A program made the position numbers and the translations under genes. A DNA stretch of 63,851 nt, counting the filler, from Platydemus manokwari (Eukaryota), in NCBI GenBank assembly GCA_037951405.1. It is 6 parts of 6 records of this genome, joined end to end, with 100 filler letters (N's around TTAATTAATTAA, not from the genome) between each part and the next. Parts side by side here need not be neighbours in the genome. Positions count along the whole stretch, not along the records: positions 1 to 11,609 come from JBBMOY010566663.1; positions 11,710 to 21,851 come from JBBMOY011164213.1; 4 more parts are not named here. One strand, given 5' to 3'. The notes under the pieces were generated by a model that saw nothing but the letters and a program-made list of their open reading frames with translations, was not told the origin of the DNA and did no database searches. The first letter of the stretch is position 1. Each line of letters begins with the position of its first letter. Positions 1 through 11,736 of the stretch are shown in pieces.

Positions 1-1369
1 CCACCTGGCAATCCGTTGTTTTAACTTGTAGCGGGAGGTTGGGAATTGGATTGATTTAGAGTTCAATTCTCTGCCGCTAAGTTTTTGTCTTTCACTTTTA
101 AATAGAAATTAAAATAGACATTCTTAAAATAGAAATTCATTTGACACCGAGACGATCACAATGAGACTACTTAAAAATTTGAAAATTTACAACTAAATCA
201 AACAACAAAACTATATTGCTTTCAACAATTCTAGTTTATTGTATTATATTTTAAATGAGCCTGGATTAAAACGATTATGAGTGGATAATATTATTCATTA
301 TCTTAATAATATTTCCAAGCCATCAATAAAGATTTTTGCAAAACACTAGTTTTCAGCCCGAAATATGTATGATTACTTCGTCACTGAGAACATGACACAA
401 TTAAGAATACTTTAAATAAACATCTGATTTTGGTTTCTTATGATTACGTACTTACTGAAGAGTATGTCGGAAATAATTCAAAAATCATTATCGAAAATCT
501 TGAAATGTGATCTACAAGAGTAGCCGATCATGCGCCTTCAAATTATCAGTAGTTGACTGTGATTCATTTTTCAAATGACCCAAGCTTACAGAAAATTACA
601 AACATCATATTGCGCTAATGGCATAAAAGGCTGAAAGAAATCTCCAAATCAAATACCCGTCCAAGATTTTGAATTCTTCTAGCAAATAAGAGATGAATTT
701 TTAAGCATAATCTATAAAAAGAGTCGACTTTCATGAATAACTACCAGTTTTTTTGCTAGCTAACTTTGTCTTTATTCTTAGTGATCACTTATTTTGTGAT
801 TTTTTCTGAGTCTGTGCTTGGTGTCTAATTTGAGTTTTATGAAAGTGTATGTCCAATCGTACATACTATTTTTTTACCTTGTCAACTCTAACACAAAATC
901 AGTCGATTATATTTAAAGAGATCATAAAATAAATATCAATTAATAAAATGCTATGTCTAAGTTCTGATTTATGAAATATTATTAACACAATAACTTTGTT
1001 GAATTCATTATTTTATTTTAAATCCTTAAATAATTAAAAATATTTCTCTTCATCAATAAAACATCATATCGTTTTCACTTTCTTAAAGCACATCACAAAG
1101 TTTAAATTCTATATTTATTCTATCTATTAAAAGCCATGCACAGCCAGAATCGAATAGTGTTCATATCAACTTCACAACCATCAAACCAACATTCATAATA
1201 ATATATCAATAACTTACTTGATTCTTGTACTTTGAGTACCACAAATATCAGCAATTTTTTTCAAAGATCCTTTTAAAAAGATAAAATAATATTTTCAAAC
1301 CATAATCGATTTAGAAATATAAAATATTCGATTTTAATTAATAAATATTCATTTCAAAAAAATGCTCAA

Positions 1370-4300
1370 ATGACTAGTATTTACACTACTGACAAATCTG
1401 AATTTGATTATACAACATTGGAGACCAAAAATACGATGTTGGATTCAATAGTGGAAGCTTATAAATTAATGGATTTTAATTCTCGACTGAAAGAATCGTA
1501 TTATTTGGAAGTTTCTATTAGACATGCAAAAAAGAATCTGAAAAGTTGTTTGAAGATCTTCATTCTATTTTGGTATGGATCGCTTACTTTTAATATGATG
1601 TTTTCACCAACTGACATTGCTTCATTCGCATCGGAATTGATAAGCTCAATGTTATTATTGTGTTTCTATCTTGGAACGTTATACATTGAATCAATCGATC
1701 AGATCATTGCGCTGACTATTTCCGTATTTTTAGCTCTGATAACCAATAACATTTTCAATTTCTATAATTCTTTTAGCTTACCCGAAATCAATTTCACTCC
1801 GACTTTACAAATCTGCCTGTTAATGTTTACGAATTTCCTATTAAAATTTCATATGTCTCTCATGTTTTGGTTCATTTCCTATGGATTATTATTGATGAGT
1901 GTAATCTATAATGTTAAATATAAGGCTCAAATCTCTAATACCACAGCCTTTATATCATATACTTCAGCCGTTACCTTATCCAAGTTACCTATGTTTGATA
2001 AGAGGGTCAATTTGGAGAGATATTTTTGTGGTTTGGTTGTATTAGGATTTGGTATTACGATGTTGTCGATGTATCTCTATTTTGTTAATAACATTCGCCG
2101 ACGGGCAGCTTTTCTCAGATTGGGCAATAACGTGCAGATCAAACACCAAATCAGAACTGCAATGAGAAATCAAATACGTTGGATTGATGCTATTATGCCT
2201 AAAGAAGTTAAAGATGAGTATATTGAACATAATGAAGAAATAAAATTAGATAAATGGGTGTATGTCAAAAATTTCGATAACGTCAGCATTCTATTTGCAG
2301 ATATTGTTGGATTCACGAAATTATGTTCCAAAAAAACTGCCTCGGAAGTCGTTACTCTTCTTAATGATCTCTTTAATCGATTCGATGAATTATGCGATTT
2401 AACAAGATGTGAAAAACTCGGAACTCTTGGTGATTGTTATTATTGCGTTGCCGGATGTCCAATTTCAAGACCTGACCACGCTGTATCATGCATCGAAATG
2501 GGTTTAGGAATGTGTCGAATTATCAAACAATTCAATCACGATTACAAAGAAGACGTCAATATGCGAGTTGGAATCCATACCGGCAGAGTTAATGCCGCTG
2601 TGATTGGGAAAAATCGCTTCCGATTTGATGTCTATTCTAATGATGTCATTATTGCCAATTCAATGGAGTCCAGTGGTAAACCAGGTATGGTGCATATTTC
2701 CCAACCGGTTTACGTGCACGTACGATTGCTTTATAAAGTCGAAAACGGAGACGATTTAGAAATAAAAATGGAAAAGGAACAAGGAATTGCTGGAACGATA
2801 CTGCAGTCGACATTTATGAAAACTTATTTTATCGATCCGAAGTCACCACATATGCAGCACGGTGAAAGGCTTTTCGAAAGACGGGATAATTTGAAAGTTT
2901 TTATGCAACAAAAAAGTTCTGAATCACACGAATCAATGAAAGATGACACCGTTAAAACGGAATCATTCGAACACGATGCATTTTTAATGAGAAAAGCTAA
3001 AGTATTGGAAGATACGAAATTTATCGAAAGCTTGAAATTCGATCCTGATCGACATCTACGATTCTTCATTTATCCACCATTAAATATCTTCAGTCTAATG
3101 TTCATAGATAAAGAAATCGAATGGAATTTCAATACTGATATGGGAAATGAATGCAGCCAAATTACTTTCGACTCTGTCAAAATGACAGCTTTGTTGGATT
3201 GTTTGACTTGTCTTTTATATGGAATGGTTGTATATGCTGCTCTCTATATTACTTTTCCTGATATCAGTTGGAAAGGAATGACAATCATAATACTCAACAT
3301 ATTTATCTCAATCATGATTACGATCATCAATTTTTGGCAATCATATAATTCCACCCATCATTTGACTTTTACGTTGAATAAGATTGCTCATTCGATAATC
3401 ACGAATCCTTTCATCCGAACGTTGATCTGTTTTTATTTTCTTTCCAGTCCGTTGATAATTATTGTTTTTATTCTCAATGATTGTTCCAAAATCTACATCG
3501 ACTACACCTTTACAACTCGTTACTTTACTCTGATAATCTTCTCGCTTTTCATTTTACCACTGTTCTTATCAGCACATTATCTGATAAAAACCCTTGTGTG
3601 TTGTATCAATGTCACCTTAGCTCTGATTGTGATTTGTTGGAGACCCTGCGATAAAGTGAATTTCTCTTATACATTTGATCAGTATTCATGCATGGGTCAA
3701 TTGAATGTGACGGATATAACTTTTTTTAAAAAGGTCGAATACAACTTTATTTTTCAAATTGTCATGACGTTTATACTAATAATTGTCATGATACGGGAAT
3801 TGGAAATGAATATTCGACTGTTGTTTTACGTGACCCGAGAAGCTGGTATACGAAAAGAAGAAGCTACGGAAGCTATGAAAAATGCCGAAATATTGTTGTA
3901 CAATATCATACCGAAATACGTTTTCAATCAATTAATATCAAAGACGGATGATATGTTAGAAATTAATAATCTCAATTATGCCATGTCAATTCCTAAAGCC
4001 GGTGTTGTTTTTGCCTGTATAAGTAATTTCTTTTCAAAATATTATCGGGAGGATTATAAAGGCGGAGAAAATGCTTTGAAATTATTACATAAAATTATTT
4101 GTTTTTTCGATGATATTCTGAAAAAAGAAAAATACAAAGATGTCGAAAAAATCAAAACTATTAATGACTGCTATATGGTGGCATCAGGATTGAATTTTAA
4201 GAGGTTAAACCGAAATTTCAAAAATTCTCATTTATTTGCTCTGATGAATTATGCTTTTGAAATGAAATTGGCATTAGAGTACTTCAATGATAATTTCATA

Positions 4301-4819
4301 ATAGGAACCGATAAATTCCAAATAAAAATTGGTTACAATTTCGGTCCAGTAACTGCCGGTATTATCGGAGCAACAAAGCCGATGTATGATATTTGGGGTG
4401 ATACGGTGAATGTGTCAAGTAGAATGTACTCAACCGGATCGCCAGGATTGATTCAAGTTCCTGAACATGTCCTTGAAGAATTGGATTCGGATTTCATTTT
4501 TAAATATCGTGGTCAGATCTTTATCAAAGGGAAAGGAGACATGAATACTTATATCTGTGTTGAACAGAAATCACAGGAAGCAAAAAATCAACCAGCATTT
4601 AAACCAGTTATTTCTAAACAGACAGCGAGTTCACAATTGAGTTTTGATCCGAAATTGTATGAAGAAGTAGTGACATTGTCAAAAGATCAAGCCAGAGAAG
4701 AAATACCAATTAGCAAGGAAAATCCAATAATGCAATTTAGGACAACTAAAACAACATCAAGTGAGATCAGTCAATATAAACTATTTATGAAGAAACCGCG
4801 AAAACCGGTTTTAAGATAG
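1370..4819 (+). CDS. ADCY9: Transmembrane adenylyl cyclase, type 9 (ADCY9)-like, 1149 aa, intronless
   Basis: M1-C1-M2-C2 layout. C1 has VSILFADIVGFT, CEKLGTLGDCYYCVAGCP (AC9-type EKxxTLGDCYYCVAG), NMRVGIHTG and FDVYSNDV. C2 has GVVFACISNF, EKIKTI, GPVTAGIIG, YDIWGDTVNVSSRM and KGKGDMNTY. Two hydrophobic multi-helix blocks. Confidence 0.93.
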   Translation: MTSIYTTDKSEFDYTTLETKNTMLDSIVEAYKLMDFNSRLKESYYLEVSIRHAKKNLKSCLKIFILFWYGSLTFNMMFSPTDIASFASELISSMLLLCFYLGTLYIESIDQIIALTISVFLALITNNIFNFYNSFSLPEINFTPTLQICLLMFTNFLLKFHMSLMFWFISYGLLLMSVIYNVKYKAQISNTTAFISYTSAVTLSKLPMFDKRVNLERYFCGLVVLGFGITMLSMYLYFVNNIRRRAAFLRLGNNVQIKHQIRTAMRNQIRWIDAIMPKEVKDEYIEHNEEIKLDKWVYVKNFDNVSILFADIVGFTKLCSKKTASEVVTLLNDLFNRFDELCDLTRCEKLGTLGDCYYCVAGCPISRPDHAVSCIEMGLGMCRIIKQFNHDYKEDVNMRVGIHTGRVNAAVIGKNRFRFDVYSNDVIIANSMESSGKPGMVHISQPVYVHVRLLYKVENGDDLEIKMEKEQGIAGTILQSTFMKTYFIDPKSPHMQHGERLFERRDNLKVFMQQKSSESHESMKDDTVKTESFEHDAFLMRKAKVLEDTKFIESLKFDPDRHLRFFIYPPLNIFSLMFIDKEIEWNFNTDMGNECSQITFDSVKMTALLDCLTCLLYGMVVYAALYITFPDISWKGMTIIILNIFISIMITIINFWQSYNSTHHLTFTLNKIAHSIITNPFIRTLICFYFLSSPLIIIVFILNDCSKIYIDYTFTTRYFTLIIFSLFILPLFLSAHYLIKTLVCCINVTLALIVICWRPCDKVNFSYTFDQYSCMGQLNVTDITFFKKVEYNFIFQIVMTFILIIVMIRELEMNIRLLFYVTREAGIRKEEATEAMKNAEILLYNIIPKYVFNQLISKTDDMLEINNLNYAMSIPKAGVVFACISNFFSKYYREDYKGGENALKLLHKIICFFDDILKKEKYKDVEKIKTINDCYMVASGLNFKRLNRNFKNSHLFALMNYAFEMKLALEYFNDNFIIGTDKFQIKIGYNFGPVTAGIIGATKPMYDIWGDTVNVSSRMYSTGSPGLIQVPEHVLEELDSDFIFKYRGQIFIKGKGDMNTYICVEQKSQEAKNQPAFKPVISKQTASSQLSFDPKLYEEVVTLSKDQAREEIPISKENPIMQFRTTKTTSSEISQYKLFMKKPRKPVLR

Positions 4820-6129
4820 AACTAATCTGAACTTTTGTTGAGCCTTTCTTGTAATCGTTTATTATTATTGTGTTAGCATATAATTTTCCATAAAATATAA
4901 ATCTCTAAAATGATAACTATTTCTGTTCTATTAATTAATATCTCTGTTATTTTCATATTGAGCTAATTTCAAACCAACAAATGAATTCTGTCATCCTTTA
5001 ATCTTATCAACTCTATAAGAAAATCACTTGGATAATTTAAATAACTACGTTCAATAGAAAGGGTCTATGTATTAGAATTTAGAAATAATTTATTATCAAT
5101 AAATAGAATAAGACCTGATTAGAGAACAATTGACCTTTTCAAAATTTTATTAATTAGTATTGCGTTAAAAGCATTTATGGGTACTTATTATATGTTGGGG
5201 TCTTTGATCTTTTTTAATAAGTACAGTTTTTTTAATTGCTGTTGTATCAAGCATATGGTCAAGCTCACTATCTACGTTTACTGAGTTCTTTTTGATCCTC
5301 AGATAGTTTTTAAACCTTAATCAATTGATCTTCCTTCGTCTCGACGATCAACAATCTATATGGGATTCAACCCATATAACTACTTATGAAATAACTATCA
5401 AACTTTGAACAGAAAAAAGAGAAATATATTAGAGAAAGGGAAAAATGTAGAAAGAAGAAAGATGAAATAATAGAACTATCAAAAACAAAAATAGGAATAT
5501 TAGTCAAAGGAAGAGTTGATTATCAGCAAAAAATATCAAATAAGAGAAAAGGCCATAACAGTAATGTTAACGATCATAGGATCAATAGCGGAAATAATAG
5601 TAACGGGAATAATAATATATTACTCATTATATAATATGTCATTCACTATGGAATATAAAGGAAAGAAGAAAAGCATTGATATCAAGATTAGCAGTAATAG
5701 CAACTGCCATATTAGCCCTGGTACTAGTTAGCAAGCAAGGATATCGCCAAACGCAGATTTACAATTTGGTGGATGAAGAGAAAGTTGTGAAATTTGCCAT
5801 ACAAGCTTACCCAGGATTTATTTCAATAAAAATCGAAATAAACCGAAATTAAACTTCAAAATTAAAGTACTTCAACACTCAAGTGTAGCCGGAGATAGAT
5901 GTTGGAAAAGCATATGGCGAGGAATAGTAAAGCACAAAATATGAAAAATAAAGATAATGGGCATAGGATAGTGATACGGAAAATAAAAGCTAATGAAATA
6001 TATAAAATAGGAATAATATTAGAAAAATTAATTAGAAAAATTGTTATAAATAATCAGGCATGCAAGGAAGGATATTTATAAGAAAAGAAGTTCAAGAAGT
6101 AACAATTATGTGAACCAGAATGAGGTTTT

Positions 6130-7180
6130 CGTTTTGATCATTTTGTTGTTCTTCTCTTGTCTTTTAATAATTCATACTTGGATATTTGACCATTATTCTC
6201 TAAAAGCTCCATGGTTTTAATTAACTGTCGATACGTATTTTCTTCATAATTTTTTCTGTTTTTAATCAAGTGTTTTGACCTTGGGTGGGCATAGAGACCA
6301 TAGCTTGCGACTTCTTTTGGTGATAGCTGTAGTGTCCAACTCTTGATCATCCAACAAATCTAAATTTTGAGTGGCCTTTTTAATAATTTCCTTTATCTTT
6401 CTCAGTTTCTCTGCTCTCCGTTACATTGCTTTTCGATTAATGACTTGATTTCATGATCGATGTTTACTCACCTGACTGATTTATTTAAAAAAATAAATAA
6501 CATAGACTAATGGTTAAATTAGGCTGAGGTTCGCTTGTGCCTGGAAATATTTTACTGATCAAAAGAGATCCTTTTAGATCTCAGACTCTTATTAATTTCG
6601 ATATCAAAATATCTAAAGATTGAAGTTCAATTTTCAAATCCAACCCCACCATGATTTTTCCGTGGATATAGTTGATAATTTTCCCTTTTGTCTATTTGGC
6701 ATCAAAACAGTGTTTCAAATTGCCATCGTTTAAACAGCTTTTGTCCACATTATAATGTTTAGTTTCCGGCTTCAACTACAACAGTTTCAATCCTCAATAG
6801 TTTCTCAAACTTATCCACATTGAGTGATTTTTTTTTCTTATAATCAATCGCTGTTTATACTTGGATACGACTTATATATAGGAATTTTCTGCAATGGTTT
6901 CATATGAATGATATTTTTAACAAATGGTTTGGGGATTCTAAATGCTTAGAGTTCATAGCTGTTGAAATTGATTGATGCCAACATAAGTACGAGTAGCAAA
7001 TCTTATCTGCTCAAAACTGGTTCTGGATTTTTGAGTTCCAATGAACAGACATCAACAATTAACTATTCCTCTGTATTTTGATTGGAATTCTTATAAAAAA
7101 ATTGGAGTTCTTGTAAAATCGCTCTTTCATCGGAAATTGCTTCCCTCAGCATAATTCGACCTTTAGTAGCAGTAAAAAAT
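6130..7180 (-). mobile_element. Possible highly decayed non-LTR retrotransposon fragment
   Basis: The minus strand near 6640-6690 reads QLYPRKNHGGVG, resembling the LYxPRxxGGxG motif downstream of non-LTR RT domains. The surrounding frames are broken. Confidence 0.3.
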
Positions 7181-7910
7181 TTTAATTTATAAATTTAATT
7201 GTTAATTTTTAATGCTTTTTCTGGTTTTTAATGGAATTAGATTCTATTCATGACAATTTTTAAATCTATCTTTAGCTATTTAAATTTTTATTCAACACTG
7301 TGGTCTATTTTTATCGATATGAATTTTGTAATTTTATATCTTTTACATTGACCCTTGCTCATTTTACACCCGCATGGCTAAGCCCAACAATACCGACTTT
7401 CAATTAATCAATATAGATCACAAATTAATCATTATTATTTATATGTTGATTAGTACCAACTTAAGTTATAATGGCATATAATAGACATTTAATCGATTGC
7501 TAGGACAAATATTCGAACAACTAAATCCAAAAAACTAATAAATTCAAAAGAATAATAATAATTAATAATCGATGGCTGATTAAAGTCGAATAATTTTTCA
7601 TCCATCGCAACAATGAAACTGGGAATACAAAATTCAAATTTCATTTGTACACTGTTTCCAATATTTAAAATATTATCTTATAAACCTGCCTGGAAAAGTT
7701 GCACTAAAATTTCCACAAATGTTTATCTACAATATTGATTGATCAAAAAGGATAAAAATATCGACCTGACACTAGTTTGGACAAGTCAATTTTTCATCGA
7801 AGAAATTTTCATTGTTAATTTGCCATAATAAAAACAAGAATAATATTTTCCAATATCCACTGAAAACGGTACAAAAATTTATTTGTGAAAACAAAATAGA
7901 ACCCGCATTT

Positions 7911-10900
7911 CTACAACTCGGACTTTTTGGGAGAATCTGAAAAATAAAAATGATTATGATAAATTGATTCTGCAATATTATTTCGATGTTAATATAAAAA
8001 TTAAATCAAAAATATTTTATATTTGCTAGCAATTTAATTGGTTAAATATTATATAATCTATAATTCATTGCCATCTCCCACAACAATTGATTTTTATTTT
8101 GATGAATTTTTCTAACAATTAACTAGAAGTGTGATATCGGTGTCGATCCAACGAAATTTTCTGAAATCGCATTCATTTCATTACAAAATTCACAGACATG
8201 GTTTTTGTTTCGATTTATATTGTATATCTCTACACAGACACCTTATCAAATTAAGTCTTAAATTTTCAAAAATATTTAACGATTTGTTAAATTTTTATAA
8301 ACAATACCAGAGACCAATCAAAAGATCGTTACAATCCAGATAATAATATTGTTCACTAAATAACCGTATTGATTATCTGATTTAGTTTTTTGTTTATTAA
8401 ATAAATAAAATTAAAAAACGCACCTAAAATATAAAAAATAAGAAAACTTACGAATCATTCCATAACAATATTAATATTTATCCAAAAAGGCATTATATTA
8501 AATTATATATCGAATTAAGCCAGTAAATATCAATGTTAAACATGAAGAAAAATTGTATTTATTTGAACGATACCATAAGAAATAAATGATTTCCGAAATC
8601 TAATTATAAACTCATAAATGATAATCAAATCAGTTTCGCGTAAAGTTAAAATATTTTATTTTTTTTATAACTCTTAAATAGATTGATTCCATCAGCCAAT
8701 CAAAATGGTTTAGAATTGCTAATTTCTAGAGATTAGATCTTAGATTTTTAAAATCTAGATGAATGATTTTTTGTAAACCATTCAGGTGATATGATTTTCT
8801 ATGTTTGATTTTTATCGATTTTTGGGGAAAATGCAAATTTTCGATGTCACTGATTTTATAAGATTATTTTTAATTTTGATTTTACCCTTTTTCAAAGCAA
8901 AAAAAATAGAAAATAAATTCTGAATGGAAAATATTGCATCATTTGACATTGAAAGATATTTCGAAAACATGAGTAGAATACAGGAAATTCGAAATTAAAC
9001 AATTACTTAGTCTGTATAACTACTGGTTGAGGGAAGTGATCACAAAATGTCATTTAACAAATCCAAATGATTAAATTATTTCTTCTACATATTTTGCACA
9101 CAATTATTTCATTTCAATTCAATTGGTACTTTAATCGATAATCTATTTATTATTGATCAGCAAATATTTCAAATTTCTTTTCTTAAATTTTTAATATCAC
9201 TTTGGCAAATGTGGTTGAATTTGATTGGTTGAATTTATTTTCATGTAAATCTGCTCACAATTTGAAAAAAACAGCTTCAGATAAATTGAAAGTTCAAGTT
9301 TTTAAATGATAACAAAACACACTGCCATTTTAAAAATGAATCCACAATGTACAGTTCCTTACGCATATTTTTCAATTTGTGATTTTAACAGAATTTTACT
9401 GTATTTAATAAATTGTAATCAATGAATAAAAATCGATAATTAAAATTCATGAATAAATAATCATTACGAGGGTTATGGTGATAAGGAGCCAAAGTGCAAT
9501 TACAACAGGTGATCAAGGTCAAAAATTAATCGATAGTGGATTTGAGGGAGACTCTTCGAATGAGAGCATTAATAAAAAATCGAGGTCTTATCTAATACTG
9601 ATGAGTAAGAAGGACAACAAAAGCGGTCTATTTACTGGAATCCTCAACCTCCCAAGCATCAAACCCTCACAACTGTAACAATCACTATTAAATAAAATGA
9701 TTATCCCCTCACAAATAATAACTATTCTCAATAAAAAAAATACTGATAATAACCTGATTTTTTTGCTTCTGGAGTATAAGTTTCATTGAGGCATTCTAAA
9801 AATAATTTCCATTAATTTCACACACACACACACACAATATCGAATGATTTGCAGATAAATCAATAAAAATAATGAAGGGAAATGTGCCAGTAGTTGAGCT
9901 GTTATTGATTAATTGGCTTCTTGAAATTGGGAAAAAAGAAAAACAAATGGAAATCTACTTCCTATTGGATTCAAAAACAGATTTCCCAATCGATAAAATC
10001 ATGAATAACTACCTACTTTTGATTCTTTTCAAACTAGAATCAGGTTTTTCAGGTTTTCGTCAAAACTAAGCAGCTACAGAAACATCCTATTTAAATCAAT
10101 AATTTGCCTTTCTCCCCACAATTTTCTGAACCAGAAACGTTTGTTCCAAGATTAAAAGTTGAAGAATGCTGAGGAGAAAGAAAGAAAAAACCGAAGGAGA
10201 TGACCACGTATTCAATCTTATAATGTTTGAGTTAACAAAGCCAGGTGAATGCCGGCAGGCTCGAATACGTTGGCCGAGAGATTATTTAAGTAAATGAATG
10301 AGATAATGTTTTCGATGGATATGAAAGACTCTAAAATCGTCTAACAATCAACAAAGTCCTGTCAACGCAAATTAATTTGTGTTTACAACCCGAATCAAGA
10401 GACGTCATTCACGATAGCCAATAGAAAATCATAAACAATAAAGGAATACAAAAGATAGAAAATAAAGAAGAAACAAAAAAAGAAAAGAAAACAAAGAGAA
10501 AATCAATGAAATCTCTCACCATGATTATCGTTTTTCAAAACATTTTCCAAGCAAAGGAAATCCATCAGATCTTTATCCTGGTGGTTGAAATACCAATCTT
10601 CAATGACGTCTTCATACTGGGATACCATCGGTCCGCACTATAGATGAAACACAGTAACAATTATCAACAATAATTCCAAAAAACAACACTACATAATTGT
10701 TGTAATTAATCCAATTTCAGCCCGAAAATTCATAAATACATTTTATAAAAATTTCAAACTTAATTAATTAAATTTAATAATTTTTATTAATTAAATATAA
10801 TTAATCAATTAATAATTAAATAATTTGAAATTATTTAAAATGGACAAAATTTAAATCTTAAAATTTGAGAGTAATCACGAAGAAAGACCTGTTTATACAA

Positions 10901-11482
10901 AGAAGATGTTTCAGCGGTCGGCTGGTCCCATAATGATTCTGGTACATCCATTTTGATTTCTACACCTCTTGCACTTAACTTCTTGAGAGTTTCAAATGTC
11001 TGTGGTGGTTCTTTGGCAAATCTGGTACTATCTTTTCTTTCTTTATGTAATTGATATTGCCACATACGCTCGCAAATATGCGGATCTTCAATGACTTCTG
11101 TCAATCTCAACTCTCTGAAGACAATGTATAACTATCAATAGATGTCGTACTTGTAAAAATATTTCGAATTTAAGCTAAAAGGAGTAAAAAATTTACGATT
11201 TATCATAATTGATTCGATTCTTATCTTCGAGCTTATAACCAGTTTCAAAAACTTCTCTTTTGTCTGTTTCTTTAAATCTAGTTTTCAACTCAATAGCTAA
11301 TATTTTACACACTAAAATTTTACAAATTAGATAGTTTTATAAAAAACGGAACAAATACCTTCACATTTAGATGGAAGTTTAACACCATGCCTATCTTCAG
11401 TAACTATATTATTTGAACATTCGATGAAATTATCAAAAATTGATAATACTGAAACAATGAAAATAATGTTGAATATATGCAT
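7911..11482 (-). CDS. Canopy family ER protein (CNPY3/CNPY4-like, saposin-like DUF3456), 216 aa; exons 11482-11359, 11311-11197, 11114-10889, 10637-10520, 9795-9754, 7936-7911
   Basis: Spliced translation: signal-peptide-like MHIFNIIFIVSVL..., [105 protein letters not shown]..ECL..., ending SPKKSEL-stop (KDEL-like). All introns are GT-AG and phases sum to 651 nt. The last two exons and the start codon are less certain. Confidence 0.88.
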
Positions 11483-11609
11483 GGATGAACACCCGAGTAA
11501 AATTAACAATAACAAAATATGATCTTCTAAAATATACAAAGCTTAATTGAATTTTACGTAATATATTTTTTATTATTTGATGACATAAAACAAAATAAAT
11601 AAATTCAAT

Positions 11610-11709
11610 NNNNNNNNNNNNNNNNNNNNNNNNNNNNNNNNNNNNNNNNNNNNTTAATTAATTAANNNNNNNNNNNNNNNNNNNNNNNNNNNNNNNNNNN
11701 NNNNNNNNN
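11610..11709. other. Artificial contig spacer N44-TTAATTAATTAA-N44
   Basis: 100-bp gap with a six-frame stop linker, identical to the four others. Confidence 0.98.
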
Positions 11710-11736
11710 ATTGTTTGGAGGTAAATTTGTATAATT

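Noticed and set aside
2042-3069. Antisense ORFs within the adenylyl cyclase
   Set aside because: Shadow ORFs of the real CDS.
5357-5378. tatatggg-attcaa-cccatata hairpin
   Set aside because: Single short hairpin with no supporting context.
11654-11665. TTAATTAATTAA palindrome recurring about every 10 kb
   Set aside because: It is embedded in N runs and is an assembly linker, not biological.
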